Positions 29,907 to 40,794 are shown, counted from the stretch's first letter. The stretch: 58,563 nucleotides of DNA from an uncultured Clostridia bacterium (GCA_944381105.1 CALWJU010000010.1:1-58563); one strand, 5' to 3'. Translations and numbers: made by a program. The notes: generated by a model from the sequence alone, not told the origin.

Positions 29907-30020
29907 TATGAAATCAAATTATTTAAATTTAAATTGATTATGATAACAAATTATTTAAATTTAAATTGATTATGATAACAAATTATTTAACTTTAAATTG
30001 ATTATGAAATCAAATTATTT
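29907..30020. repeat. 32-bp tandem repeat, about 3.5 copies
   Basis: TATGA(A/T)A(T/A)CAAATTATTTAA(A/C)TTTAAATTGAT starting at 29907, 29939, 29971 and (partial) 30003. Confidence 0.9.
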
Positions 30021-30031
30021 TCTCTTTAAAA

Positions 30032-30958
30032 TCATTTTTGAATTTTAGAAAACTTTCTTAAAACATACTTATTTGCCTCTGTTCCTGCTATCGCACCATC
30101 ACCAACCGCTGTTGCTATCTGCTTGATAGGGCTTTTTCTTACATCTCCGCAAGCAAACACGCCCTCAGACGAGGTTTTCATCTGCTCATCTGTTTCAATA
30201 AAACCTCTTTCAGTGAGATTTATCTTCCCTTTCAAATTGTCTGTGTCTGGTTTTCTACCTATTGCCACAAATACCGCACTTACATCTATTTTTTCGTCTT
30301 TGTCTTGCATTGTATAATCAAGTGCCTTAACACTCCCCTCGCCCTCAATCTTTTTTGACATTGCACCATGAAGCAAGACTATATTGTCTCTATCTTTTAA
30401 ATCGTCCTCGCTGTAATTGTTGAGTTTGAGTTGACCTTTTGTCAAAACATAGACCTTTGTGCATATGTTTGAAAGATATAGTGCGTCGGAGACTGCTGAG
30501 TCGCCTGAGCCTACTACTGCGACAGATTGACCTTTAAAGAAATTGCCATCACAGAGGGCACAATAACTCACTCCTCGCCCTATAAACTCCTTTTCGCCCT
30601 CAATATTAAGTTCCTTTGAATGACTGCCCATGGCAAGTATGACCGCTTTTGCTCTATACTCCTGCTTACCACCCTTTAAAACCTTTATCTCTTTTGAAAA
30701 GTCATAGTCTGTAATGTCATCATAAATAAATGGTACGTCAAGGCTTTTTGCATGGTTCTTAAATGCCTTTGTCAGTTCATCGCCTGCAACAACAGGAAAA
30801 CCAGGATAATTATCAATATGTCCGATAAGTGCAACCTGTCCGCCAACTACAAACTTTTCTAAAATTGCAACATCTCTGCCTGCACGCTTTGCATAAATTC
30901 CAGCAGTTATACCGCTAGGCCCTCCGCCTACTATTAAAATATCATAAACCTTTTCCAT
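30032..30958 (-). CDS. trxB: Thioredoxin reductase
   Basis: GGGPSG, NYPGF, GVSYCALCDG, GVFACGD, QIATAVGDG. Confidence 0.93.
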   Translation of the reverse strand: MEKVYDILIVGGGPSGITAGIYAKRAGRDVAILEKFVVGGQVALIGHIDNYPGFPVVAGDELTKAFKNHAKSLDVPFIYDDITDYDFSKEIKVLKGGKQEYRAKAVILAMGSHSKELNIEGEKEFIGRGVSYCALCDGNFFKGQSVAVVGSGDSAVSDALYLSNICTKVYVLTKGQLKLNNYSEDDLKDRDNIVLLHGAMSKKIEGEGSVKALDYTMQDKDEKIDVSAVFVAIGRKPDTDNLKGKINLTERGFIETDEQMKTSSEGVFACGDVRKSPIKQIATAVGDGAIAGTEANKYVLRKFSKIQK

Positions 30959-31211
30959 AACTCTCCTTTTTATTTAAAATGTTTATTAAAATCTTCCGAT
31001 TTAATATATTCAAAATTCTCTTTTAATTCTTTCGATTTTAAATGTATGAAATTTTTATTAAATTCTTCCGACTTTATGTATATTTCACACTCATTATAAA
31101 GTATAAAAACATAAGTCTCGCCCTTGTAAGCAATTCTGGCTTATATCTTTATAATACACAATTTAACCAAAAATTACAAATTAATTTTAAAAAAAAACTA
31201 CTATTTAAATA

Positions 31212-31239
31212 AAAAAAGCGGACACATAATCCGCCTTTT
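31212..31239 (-). terminator. Terminator downstream of rpsI
   Basis: GGCGGA-ttatgtg-TCCGCT followed by a T tract on the minus strand. Confidence 0.7.
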
Positions 31240-31323
31240 AAGAAAATACATAATTATGCAAAAACAAGTGAGACAAGGTAATAGCAAAGTCCCTTGCTAA
31301 CAACATTTTTGCTATCCCTAATA

Positions 31324-31734
31324 CTATCTCTTTGAGAATTGTGATGCCTTTCTTGCCTTTTTGAGACCATATTTCTTTCTCTCTTTCATTCTTGAATCAC
31401 GAGTAAGAAGTCCTGCCTCTTTAAGTTCTTTCTTAGTCATCTCGTCAGCCTTAACAAGTGCTCTTGCAAGTCCATGGCTTATTGCACCTGCTTGACCTGA
31501 CACACCACCACCATTAACTTTAATGATTGCGTCATATTTATTCTCTGTATTTGTTACAGCAAAAGGACGTTTTGCAACTAAAAGAAGAGTATCGCTTTGA
31601 AGGTAGTCTTTGATATCCCTATCATTGACAACGATTTTGCCATTTCCAGCAAAAAGTCTAACTCTTGCTATTGATTTCTTACGTCTACCTGTTGAAATAA
31701 CTTGCTCTACTGCTTTTACTTTCTTCTCTGCCAT
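31324..31734 (-). CDS. rpsI: 30S ribosomal protein S9
   Basis: [34 protein letters not shown]. Confidence 0.99.
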   Translation of the reverse strand: MAEKKVKAVEQVISTGRRKKSIARVRLFAGNGKIVVNDRDIKDYLQSDTLLLVAKRPFAVTNTENKYDAIIKVNGGGVSGQAGAISHGLARALVKADEMTKKELKEAGLLTRDSRMKERKKYGLKKARKASQFSKR

Positions 31735-32177
31735 TAGTCTCTAACTCCTTTTATTTCAACTTTTTCAGGTTTTTGAGCGATATGATTATGCTCCTCCCCT
31801 TTGTATACATGAAGTCTAGTAATTTGTTTTCTTCCTAAACTTGTCTTTGGAAGCATACCTTTAACAGCATGTTCTATTGCCTTTGGTGAGTTCTTTTCAA
31901 GAAGTGTACCATAGTCAACCTCTTTAAGTCCTCCGATATAACCTGTATACCATCTTAGTTTTTTATCTGTGTGTTTTTTACCTGTAAGGGCTACCTTATC
32001 AGAATTTATAACAATCACAAAATCTCCACAATCAACATGTGGTGTGTATATAGTCTTGTTTTTGCCTGTCAAAATGTCAGCAACTTGGCTTGCAACACGT
32101 CCAAGAGGAACATTTTCAGCATCAACAACATACCATTTTCTTTCTATCTCGGCTGGTTTTGCCATAAATGTTTTCAT
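31734..32177 (-). CDS. rplM: 50S ribosomal protein L13
   Basis: [28 protein letters not shown]. Confidence 0.99.
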   Translation of the reverse strand: MKTFMAKPAEIERKWYVVDAENVPLGRVASQVADILTGKNKTIYTPHVDCGDFVIVINSDKVALTGKKHTDKKLRWYTGYIGGLKEVDYGTLLEKNSPKAIEHAVKGMLPKTSLGRKQITRLHVYKGEEHNHIAQKPEKVEIKGVRD

Positions 32178-32184
32178 TGATTTT

Positions 32185-32339
32185 CCTCCGAATATAATCT
32201 CTCTTGCAACCTTTAAACCTTCGGGATTTTATTGATTGCCTGTCTTTAAAGGCAAATTTTTATATGCGGGGCTAATGCAACAAAAAACGCCTTAAACATA
32301 AGACGTCTTTATTCTATACTATCAAAAGAATTTTGTCAA
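32185..32339 (-). promoter_or_regulatory. rplM-rpsI sigma-A promoter and probable structured (L13-type) leader
   Basis: TTGACA-17-TAGAAT at 32339-32311; the leader has a TTTGCC..GGCAA hairpin and TAGCCCCG, which I recall from Firmicute rplM leaders. Confidence 0.55.
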
Positions 32340-32468
32340 GCATTTTTACTATATTTTTAGTAATTTTTGTAAAATTTATTATATAAATGTGTTTTAACAT
32401 AATTAAATAGAGACATACCAAATAAGGCATTTTTCTAAAAAACAATCTATCATATTTTAAAACCTTAT

Positions 32469-33104
32469 CTAGCCGTAAACCTTTTCTTCTCTTGAAGCAA
32501 TCTCATTATCGGCATAAAAATCGACGAGATAATCGGTCATACGTTGATAATAACTCAGTTCATCATTGATAGCACTTTCTGCAAGGTTTTTGCATAAATA
32601 TTCATATTTTTTGATGCAAGCCTCCTCACTTTCTTTGCTATCATCTCCGATTTTAGCAAGGCTTTGCTTGATAAATTCTGGGGTAAACTTTTGAGTAGCA
32701 AACTCAAAATCGGCAATGTTGTTTGTATAATTTGTCCTATCGTTTATAATATTTATACCACTATTCTTACTAAATTTACCGAGTTCTGCCTGCATCAAAA
32801 CCACCTTTTTAGCAAGAGCAGAAATAGATTTTTCAATGTTTGACTCATTAAAATCTATACCCTCAGCAAGTGATTTTTTATATTCCTTTATCTCCTTATT
32901 ATAATCGCTATTGTCAAAATATTTACTATACTTTGGTAATGATTTTATAACTTTCTTTATATCGCATTTATCACCACCATCTAAAATTAAAATCTTCATA
33001 TATTTGTTTACCAGGCTGTCAAATATAATAAGTGCCTCCTCTGTTTCCATCTTCTGTTTCACTAGCAGTCTTTTGTTTATATCCTCTAAAAATTTCTCTT
33101 GCAT
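32469..33104 (-). CDS. Hypothetical protein, 211 aa, probably helical
   Basis: ORF with AGGAG RBS; no family recognised. Confidence 0.7.
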   Translation of the reverse strand: MQEKFLEDINKRLLVKQKMETEEALIIFDSLVNKYMKILILDGGDKCDIKKVIKSLPKYSKYFDNSDYNKEIKEYKKSLAEGIDFNESNIEKSISALAKKVVLMQAELGKFSKNSGINIINDRTNYTNNIADFEFATQKFTPEFIKQSLAKIGDDSKESEEACIKKYEYLCKNLAESAINDELSYYQRMTDYLVDFYADNEIASREEKVYG

Positions 33105-33300
33105 AATTTCTCCTTTGCATTACTATTATAACACACAGCAACTATCATTGCAAGCAAATTTTGAATAATTATACATAAAAATTAATATTTTAGACTTTGT
33201 GCGGATAAAATTTTTCCTTCTATTGCCATAAATGCCTATATAATTAAATTGTTATATTTTACCCTTTTTTGTAACATTTTCAGTAAATGTCGAAAAATCG

Positions 33301-33329
33301 TTGACAAAACTTTTTTTATGTTATATAAT
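33301..33329 (+). promoter_or_regulatory. Consensus sigma-A promoter
   Basis: TTGACA-17 bp-TATAAT. Confidence 0.8.
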
Positions 33330-33407
33330 TATGCTAGCAATAAGGTAAAATTTATTGTGTTTTCATTTAATTACTCGTGCTATTGCACTTTTACATATAA
33401 ATTTTTT

Positions 33408-33555
33408 TTGGGAGATAGATAGCAATGCTACTATCTGCTCAGCATAAACTTTTGGTTTTTGACCAATTTTCAAATACGCTGATCTTTCACACCTTTTATG
33501 GTGTATACATATATATAAACTGAATATGTCAAATTATAGAGTGTGCTGAGCCCAA
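33408..33555 (+). ncRNA. Candidate structured 5' leader RNA
   Basis: TTGGG/CCCAA and GCTCAGCATA/TGTGCTGAGC long-range stems with internal hairpins. Confidence 0.4.
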
Positions 33556-33573
33556 GTCAGAGGGGTTTTCAAC

Positions 33574-35139
33574 ATGTCAAATAATAAGAAAAATAAAAAT
33601 TTAACACCAACATCCTCAGATAGTGAGGTTATTTTTGCTGAAAATGATAAAGTTGTCTCTGCTGAAAAAAACAGCAAGGCTAAATCTAGTGATAAAAGGG
33701 CTACTTACAAGGAAAACACTAGGGTTGAGGAGCAAATTAATAAAACAAATTCTTTGCAAACTGCTGATAGCAAAAAAAGTGATATAGACCTTATAAATAG
33801 TGGCGAAGAGAAATCAAAGAGCAAACAAATTTCAAAAAAAGCAAAGGTTTTAAATGTCGCCTCGGATAAACAAAAGGACAATACAAATAACATAAATCTA
33901 AATGACAGCATTGAAACAAAAAAACTCACAAATGACAAAGCAGGTAATTATGACAATGCCAGTGGCACAACCCTAAATGCAAAGTCGGATATCGTAAAAA
34001 CAGACGTAAATAATGATATATATAATATATATAATGATAACGTTATATATAAAGAGAGGCTCTCAAACGACAATTTCGGCAAGGTTGAGGGCGAAGATAA
34101 GGGAGTTGATGAAAACTTACCCCTTCAAACAATTAAACCTAAAAAACATAAGAAATCTTTCAAACAACGAATGAAGGCTCTTGCTATTTTAATTGTTCTT
34201 GGTATCTTTACAGGAAGTGGTCTTGGTGTATGGTATTATAACTCCATTGCAGGCTCTTTCATAGATTACAGTCAATACGACGTTAACGACTACATCGTTT
34301 CCCCTGAGGTTGTGATCGAGCAGATTGAGGAACAATTCAATTTTGAAGCGTCCAGTTATCAAAATTTCTTTAACGAGGCAAAATCGCAAGGTGTTACCCC
34401 TGCCGACCTTACCCCTGCTCAAAACTTTATACTTGCTGAGTACAAAGCATCCCTTGCCTCCTCCTTCCATATTGTTGGTAGTGGAAGTGTGGTAGCAGAC
34501 ATCTTCGGTGGCATTACTCAACCTGTATACAGCGAAAAGAACTTTGATGGCAACAACTACACCTTTGAAAGCCTTAGCAGTGGTACTGTTACCGTCGGAA
34601 GATGTGCTATCATGGAAGACGGCGGTCAAAATGTAAGATTTTATTCGGCTTGGGATGATGCTATTCATATTAATAATTCAAATATTAATCAAAGTTACGC
34701 TGACTGGTCAGACTATCAAGATTATACCGAAGAGTCCTATATCGACCTTGCAGGTTCAACACCTGACGGAGTGCAATCTTATATAGTTTCAGAAAAGACT
34801 ATTATAAGTCAAAACGATAGTTCGGTCATCGAGTATGACGAGACAAGCGGTTACTACAATTTCTCCTTTAAACTTGACCCTACTACAAGCGTGCTTAGGT
34901 ATGTAAAACAAGTTCAGCAGACAAGCGGACTTGAATCCCCTCCTTCGTTTAGTTCTCTATCTCAAAATGTAACTATTGACGAAGATTGGAATTTTATTAC
35001 TATCTCAGTGGAAGAACACTATTCGGTGTTTATGGTAATGTCGGTTGGTTGCGTTGGTACTCTTACCTCTCATTTCACTTTCAATGATCCTGAGGCTGTT
35101 GATTTTCCTGACGGAGTTGACTTGACAAATATTGGTTAA
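33574..35139 (+). CDS. Membrane-anchored protein: low-complexity N-terminus, single TM, acidic extracellular domain
   Basis: About 200 K/N/D/S-rich residues, TM ALAILIVLGIFTGSGLGVWYY, beta-rich acidic C-terminal part. Confidence 0.75.
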   Translation: MSNNKKNKNLTPTSSDSEVIFAENDKVVSAEKNSKAKSSDKRATYKENTRVEEQINKTNSLQTADSKKSDIDLINSGEEKSKSKQISKKAKVLNVASDKQKDNTNNINLNDSIETKKLTNDKAGNYDNASGTTLNAKSDIVKTDVNNDIYNIYNDNVIYKERLSNDNFGKVEGEDKGVDENLPLQTIKPKKHKKSFKQRMKALAILIVLGIFTGSGLGVWYYNSIAGSFIDYSQYDVNDYIVSPEVVIEQIEEQFNFEASSYQNFFNEAKSQGVTPADLTPAQNFILAEYKASLASSFHIVGSGSVVADIFGGITQPVYSEKNFDGNNYTFESLSSGTVTVGRCAIMEDGGQNVRFYSAWDDAIHINNSNINQSYADWSDYQDYTEESYIDLAGSTPDGVQSYIVSEKTIISQNDSSVIEYDETSGYYNFSFKLDPTTSVLRYVKQVQQTSGLESPPSFSSLSQNVTIDEDWNFITISVEEHYSVFMVMSVGCVGTLTSHFTFNDPEAVDFPDGVDLTNIG

Positions 35140-35576
35140 AACACCTTTCAAGAGCAAACAAAATAAATACTCTAACAATTCGAAGTTTAAAAAAGCAAAT
35201 AATTAGAAGATTAAAAATGTGAACAAATCGAAGATTAAAAGTTAGTAAAAGAAAATTTTTGGAGCAAATTAACAAATCAAATTTATTTAGGCTATTGCAA
35301 ACATTACAAAGGCTTGATAAGCAAATTAACAACTTTCATCTGTCCGTTAAATATACAAAAAATATAAAAACAACTTTCCATTTTGTTTTGCAAGCAAACT
35401 TAACGCACAAATTTTAGAACTATTAGCAAGCAAGTTTAAGGTAAAAAACACAAATGACAATGACGGCTATGATTAAAATATACAATATGTAACTTCTATA
35501 TCGATTTTACAATTTAAAGAAGATATACAAAAATGTTTAAAATATAACTTTTGGTTAAAATAAAAAGGAATGAGTT

Positions 35577-38500
35577 ATGAGAAAGATTTTTAAGTTTTTA
35601 TCCTATTCAATATTATATTTAGTCGTATCGGTGGCGTCCGCTTATGGTGTCATCACCTTTTCCATGAACAATGTTTCGGACGACTCATCTGGTATAAGTT
35701 CTGGCGGTACGCAAGAGGTTGAAATCGCTGAGGAAATTAACACTCTGCTTTCAAATCTAACATCTTCAAGTGCGATTGACATTGATTTAACTGCCTCAAT
35801 TGACAGCGAAGAATATAGTGTTGACATTGTTGTTGATGGACTTGTTGACCTATCGCAAGGTATTGACAATATCGCCCTTGCGGGACAGATTAATGTTGTA
35901 ATTGACGAGCAAAATTTTGATGCTGGAATTATTTACCAAAACGGCAATATTTACTTTGAACTTTTAAATCACAAATTTATGATGGCAAGTAGCGAGATTG
36001 GTTCTTCTCTTTCACAATTACTTTCAGTTGTTGGCGTTACCATGCCTGAGATGAGTTCTCTTCTTGACGGACTTGACCTTAACAGTATTCTCTCCTTGCT
36101 TTCTAACTTTACCGAAAGGATAAACGAGGACGGAAACAAGACTTTGGAGATTGATATTCCTATGGTTTCTGGGCTGACAATCGCCCTTAACTGCACAAGC
36201 GACTATCACCTAATCGGTTTTGCTCTACCTAATTTATCACTTAGTGGTATGAATATTAGTGCATCGGCTTCCATTAATTATCCAGAAAGCGTGAACATTG
36301 AAAATGTTGATGAAAGCCAGTATGTTGACCTTAACAATCTTATTAGCGTTGCAACAAATGTCTACGAATATTTACTAGACAAAGAGTACTATCTTACTAT
36401 CGATGCGTCATATGAGGATATTAAAATCAATGGTGTAATCAACTATTCGGGATCACTAAACGCCTCACTCGCCCTTTCATACAAGGACTTGACCGCTCAG
36501 GTTATCATATATAATAACAGCCTCTATATCTCTGCCGAGAATATTAGACTTGTCTTTAACCTTGACGATATTGGTCTTGTAAAGGAGTTTTTAAACAACT
36601 ACCTATCCATCGACATTGACGAGGTACTATCAAGTGTCTTAGGACAAGAAATTGTACTTTCCTCTGACATTGAAAATATGATTTCTTCTCTCGATATAAA
36701 TAGTCTTTTAAATAAATTCACCGCAAATGATAGTTCTACCTCTAAGGAAAGTGATACCAGTGTTGAAAGCAATTCCTCTGCCCTTGATTTAGAAAACATT
36801 AAGGATATAATAAGCAATATTGAATTGACTCTCACTGATAACCTATTTGCTATTAACTATGACGGACTTAATGTAACTGTTTATTTAAATGAAAATATGG
36901 TTCAATCAATAAATGCTTCTTATCTTCTTGAAGAAAAGCAGATTGAGGCAAGTGTGGTACTCAATGATAGCGCTTCCCCTTGCACGCCTGCTGGACAATA
37001 CACAGATGTGAGCGACCTTCTTGAATTTGCTGAGATGGCTATCGACCTATTCAAAACAGGAAGATTTGAACTCGGTCTTGACCTGGCACTTGGGGAAAGC
37101 GAGATTTCAGGACATGCAAAATTTGACCTCACTGACACCCTTTTAATTGATGCAGGAATTACTTTTGACTCAAACGACATCAATGTCAATGTGGAAGAGG
37201 GAATGTTATACTTTGACTATAACGGACTCTTGCTCAAAATGGACAATAATGGTTTCAATGAACTATTATACATTGTTCTTGAAGTTCTAGGCATAGACGC
37301 AAATTCTATTCCTTTCCTATCAGACATCAACCTTGACCTTGATTTTTCTATGATTGACACTGATATTGCAAGCATGAATATTACGCTTGAAGATATTATT
37401 TCTATGCTAGATATTATTAGTTTTATTGAGGTAAAAAATAACAACTTAGTCATCTCTCTTAGCGGAAAAGCAATATATGGCGAGGAGACGGCAGAGGATA
37501 TTCTCATAACCCTTTCAAGCAAGGATGGAAAACTTCATAGCCTCACTCTTGAAAACTGCTATCTTAACAGCGAGATGTCAAGTAAGATTGAGGGCACTAT
37601 CACATTTGCTAGTCTTGAAACCTTTGAAAGCGACCTAGACACAAGCAAAAACTACATTGATATTTCTGGTGCAAACGAACTTGTTAAAGCCATTGTAAAT
37701 ATGTCTAACGACAAGCAATTCCATGTGTCTGGTGCTCTTGATATTGTTGCTACTATAAATATTGTCAGTGAAATGCCTATCAATATTAGTGTGCCTATCG
37801 ACGTGTACATCAACGTTGTTGGCAAGGGCGATATTGAACTCTATGGCGTTCTTGGCGAAATCCCTGCTATTATCGGCTTAAATAATGACGTACCTTACGA
37901 GTTCGGTGATACTGAGAGTGGCTCAGATAGATACCTTTATTTCTACTACCAAAATGGTTATGTATACCTTTACAGAACAGAGTATGTGGATATTATGTTT
38001 GGTGCAAGCCAGCGCCATTATGAAAAATGCACAAAAATACCACTTGACACCCTACTTGCCGACCCACTTTACTACCTACAATATGGTATTGGGCTCACTG
38101 ACACTATTATGGATGTTATCATTGAGGCTATGGATAACCCTCGAACAGAACCTATGGATATGGGTAACATTATAAACTCTTTCGTCGCAGATGAGAGCAG
38201 GACAAATTATACTGTAAACCTCAACATGTATGAACTTACTAACAACTCAGACCTTGGCAACCTTGCAATTTCTCTCGGTATTATGCAAGACGAAAATGGG
38301 CGAAACTATATTGGCAACTATGGTATTAATCTTGAATTGCCTCTTGCAGATGCCTTCTATATGAGTCTATCTACAAACAATCTACGCATGGTTGACTATG
38401 GCAAAGATGTGGATATGACACCGCTTTATGATTTTGTAAACAACTATCATTACGCAAGCGAGACTGAGTGGGAGGCGAGCAATGGCGACTGGCATATGTC

Positions 38501-39083
38501 TAATGAGATCGTTTACTCAATCAATTTCAACACAAACAGCAACATAACTGTTGAAAGTCAGAACTATCACTATAAAGACAGCATAAGCCTCCCTACAATA
38601 GATGAGTACTACATTGTCGACGACAGTGCAAGCAGAACTCGTTACTATTATAGTTTTGCTGGCTGGTATGAGGATGAGGGACTTACCGTTCCATTTGACA
38701 CCACTATCATGCCACGTGGAGATATCAACCTATACGCTAAATGGGACTATGTAAAATCTGAAAAAAGTGTTTTAATCAACTTTGTAACAAACAGTAATAC
38801 CTCTTATGAGAGCATCTATGCAACAGAAAATACCACTCTTGACCTTTCGGCATACCAACCTACTAAGGATACCGAATATGTAGACCAAGGCTATAATTGG
38901 ATTGGCAGTAATGCAGGTAAATGGACATACCAAGTTACTCGCTATACCTTTGCTGGCTGGTACACCGACTCATCTCTTAACAATAAGTTTAGTGGCGTTG
39001 TAGGTTCGAAAGACATTACATTGCACGCAAAGTATGATGCAACTGTAACGACAGAGTATTATTACAACTGGGAAAGACCATAA
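35577..39083 (+). CDS. Large secreted or anchored protein with internal beta-rich repeats and two C-terminal InlB B-type (Flg_new) repeats
   Basis: N-terminal hydrophobic segment; INFNTN...FAGWYED...INLYAKW and INFVTN...FAGWYTD...ITLHAKY. Confidence 0.82.
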   Translation: MRKIFKFLSYSILYLVVSVASAYGVITFSMNNVSDDSSGISSGGTQEVEIAEEINTLLSNLTSSSAIDIDLTASIDSEEYSVDIVVDGLVDLSQGIDNIALAGQINVVIDEQNFDAGIIYQNGNIYFELLNHKFMMASSEIGSSLSQLLSVVGVTMPEMSSLLDGLDLNSILSLLSNFTERINEDGNKTLEIDIPMVSGLTIALNCTSDYHLIGFALPNLSLSGMNISASASINYPESVNIENVDESQYVDLNNLISVATNVYEYLLDKEYYLTIDASYEDIKINGVINYSGSLNASLALSYKDLTAQVIIYNNSLYISAENIRLVFNLDDIGLVKEFLNNYLSIDIDEVLSSVLGQEIVLSSDIENMISSLDINSLLNKFTANDSSTSKESDTSVESNSSALDLENIKDIISNIELTLTDNLFAINYDGLNVTVYLNENMVQSINASYLLEEKQIEASVVLNDSASPCTPAGQYTDVSDLLEFAEMAIDLFKTGRFELGLDLALGESEISGHAKFDLTDTLLIDAGITFDSNDINVNVEEGMLYFDYNGLLLKMDNNGFNELLYIVLEVLGIDANSIPFLSDINLDLDFSMIDTDIASMNITLEDIISMLDIISFIEVKNNNLVISLSGKAIYGEETAEDILITLSSKDGKLHSLTLENCYLNSEMSSKIEGTITFASLETFESDLDTSKNYIDISGANELVKAIVNMSNDKQFHVSGALDIVATINIVSEMPINISVPIDVYINVVGKGDIELYGVLGEIPAIIGLNNDVPYEFGDTESGSDRYLYFYYQNGYVYLYRTEYVDIMFGASQRHYEKCTKIPLDTLLADPLYYLQYGIGLTDTIMDVIIEAMDNPRTEPMDMGNIINSFVADESRTNYTVNLNMYELTNNSDLGNLAISLGIMQDENGRNYIGNYGINLELPLADAFYMSLSTNNLRMVDYGKDVDMTPLYDFVNNYHYASETEWEASNGDWHMSNEIVYSINFNTNSNITVESQNYHYKDSISLPTIDEYYIVDDSASRTRYYYSFAGWYEDEGLTVPFDTTIMPRGDINLYAKWDYVKSEKSVLINFVTNSNTSYESIYATENTTLDLSAYQPTKDTEYVDQGYNWIGSNAGKWTYQVTRYTFAGWYTDSSLNNKFSGVVGSKDITLHAKYDATVTTEYYYNWERP

Positions 39084-39308
39084 AAATAAAAACGCTTAAA
39101 AAGTGTGATATTAGATAATAAGGCTTAAAAAACAAAAGAAATAAAAAAGTGAGCATTCGTACAGAAAGAATATCTAGGCATTGATAAAAATAATGAAGCA
39201 TAAATGAAGGTGCTTGGGTATATACGTGTAAGTACAGATAAAATGCTTAAAATAAAATTTTAAAAGACTTTATAAGCACTGTTTAAAAACGAAAATATTA
39301 GTACAGAT

Positions 39309-39343
39309 AAAAGCATAGTTATAAAAACATAACTATGCTTTTT
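39309..39343. terminator. Bidirectional terminator
   Basis: AAAAGCATAGTTAT-aaaaac-ATAACTATGCTTTT. Confidence 0.75.
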
Positions 39344-39595
39344 GTTAGACTGAAATTTTTTATAAAATATATTAAAATCATAAAAATTAAAATAGGTCAT
39401 TTGAAAACAATTTTAAAAATGAAAAAATAAGTATTATAATAAAACGAAATTTTATTAAATAATTAAGAAAATAGACGTTTAAAAACAACTATATAGCGAA
39501 AGAAATTATCGTAAAAATAGAATAGTATAAGGAAAATTAGGCTTATAAAATATAAAAAACTTGAATTACCCTTTGTTTTTTAATGAATGGACAAA

Positions 39596-39823
39596 TCATA
39601 TTTTATAGCCAAACGGTTTTATCCGTTCTGCACAAAACTCTATGAAAAATATGTTTCTGTTATCCTCTTTTTTAAACCGCACTTTGACTTCGCTCGAAAG
39701 AACTATATAACTTGTTATTATCGGCTTTAACTCCTCTTCTAATACCTTGCACACATGTTGCGGGTCGCCTATCTTATCACTTGTTAAAATATTCTCTATT
39801 CTCTCCTCTATTTTATAATTCAT
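39596..39823 (-). CDS. Divergent MinE-like protein
   Basis: EERIENILTSDK..LEEELKPIITSYI resembles MinE; downstream of minD; AGGAGG RBS. Confidence 0.55.
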   Translation of the reverse strand: MNYKIEERIENILTSDKIGDPQHVCKVLEEELKPIITSYIVLSSEVKVRFKKEDNRNIFFIEFCAERIKPFGYKI

Positions 39824-40002
39824 AACCCCTCCTATCTTAAATTATTATAATGCCAAAAAAGACTGAAAAATATCATAAATCTCCTATCTACTCAATTTCA
39901 AGCAACTTTACTCTCGGTCAAATGTTACTATGTTTGCCAAAAAGTCAAAACAATCATTGCCAAAAATGTAAAAATATTATCAAAGCAAACTGAATACAAA
40001 TT

Positions 40003-40794
40003 TTACACATGCTTTTTTATGTTACGCTTGATGTAGCCTACAAGTCCTCGATATTTGTATGTGCAATCAAATATCTTCTTTGAGCCATTATGAATATTTT
40101 CGCTCAGCAGTGTGAATGCCCTAGCACTCTCAATTGACTGCACCCTAAGTCCTAACGAGTTTGATGCCCCTATTGCGTCATCCTCTGGTATTACGCCAAG
40201 TAGTGGCAAATTTAAAGCCCTGACTATGTTCTCAACAGTCATCATCTCGCCGTTTAAGAGCAAATCTCCTCGAACACGATTGATTACAAGTCCTTTATAG
40301 TCTATGTTATAATCATTTAAAAGACCTATCACTTTATCAGCGTCTCTAATTGATGAGAGATGAGGTGTTACTACCACAATAGCCTCATTGGCAGGCAAAA
40401 CTGCACGCCTAAACCCGTCATCGACGCCAGCAGGACAATCGATTAAAATATAGTCAAAACTGCTATCAAGAATGTCAATCACATTTTTTATATGCTCACC
40501 TAAGATATTTATTTTGTTGTAGGCGTGTGATGAGGGCAAGACGTAAAGAGATGATATGTTTTTATCTTGAACGAGTGCCTGTCGTGGTCTGCACCTTCCC
40601 ATTATGACATCTGTAATGTCGAAGATAATTCTATCCTCAATATTCATAACGACATCGAGATTGTTAAGACCTATATCAACGTCAAACAGTACCACACGAA
40701 AGCCTAGTTTTGCAAGATTGATTCCAAGGTTTGCACACACAGTAGTCTTACCTACACCACCCTTACCACTTGTCAAAACAATTTTTCTCGCCAT
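40003..40794 (-). CDS. minD: Septum site-determining ATPase MinD
   Basis: SGKGGVGKTT, DIGLNNLD, DCPAG, RDAD, C-terminal amphipathic helix. Confidence 0.95.
   Translation of the reverse strand: MARKIVLTSGKGGVGKTTVCANLGINLAKLGFRVVLFDVDIGLNNLDVVMNIEDRIIFDITDVIMGRCRPRQALVQDKNISSLYVLPSSHAYNKINILGEHIKNVIDILDSSFDYILIDCPAGVDDGFRRAVLPANEAIVVVTPHLSSIRDADKVIGLLNDYNIDYKGLVINRVRGDLLLNGEMMTVENIVRALNLPLLGVIPEDDAIGASNSLGLRVQSIESARAFTLLSENIHNGSKKIFDCTYKYRGLVGYIKRNIKKHV

Noticed and set aside
35140-35576. Long A-rich intergenic region with short recurring words (TCGAAG..AAAA, GCAAATTAAC)
   Set aside because: Repeats are short, irregular and plausible from low complexity; no ORF or stable fold seen.
39155-39312. 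Three GTACAGA(A/T)A words downstream of the 1168-aa gene
   Set aside because: Irregular spacing and weak flanking similarity; cannot support a function.
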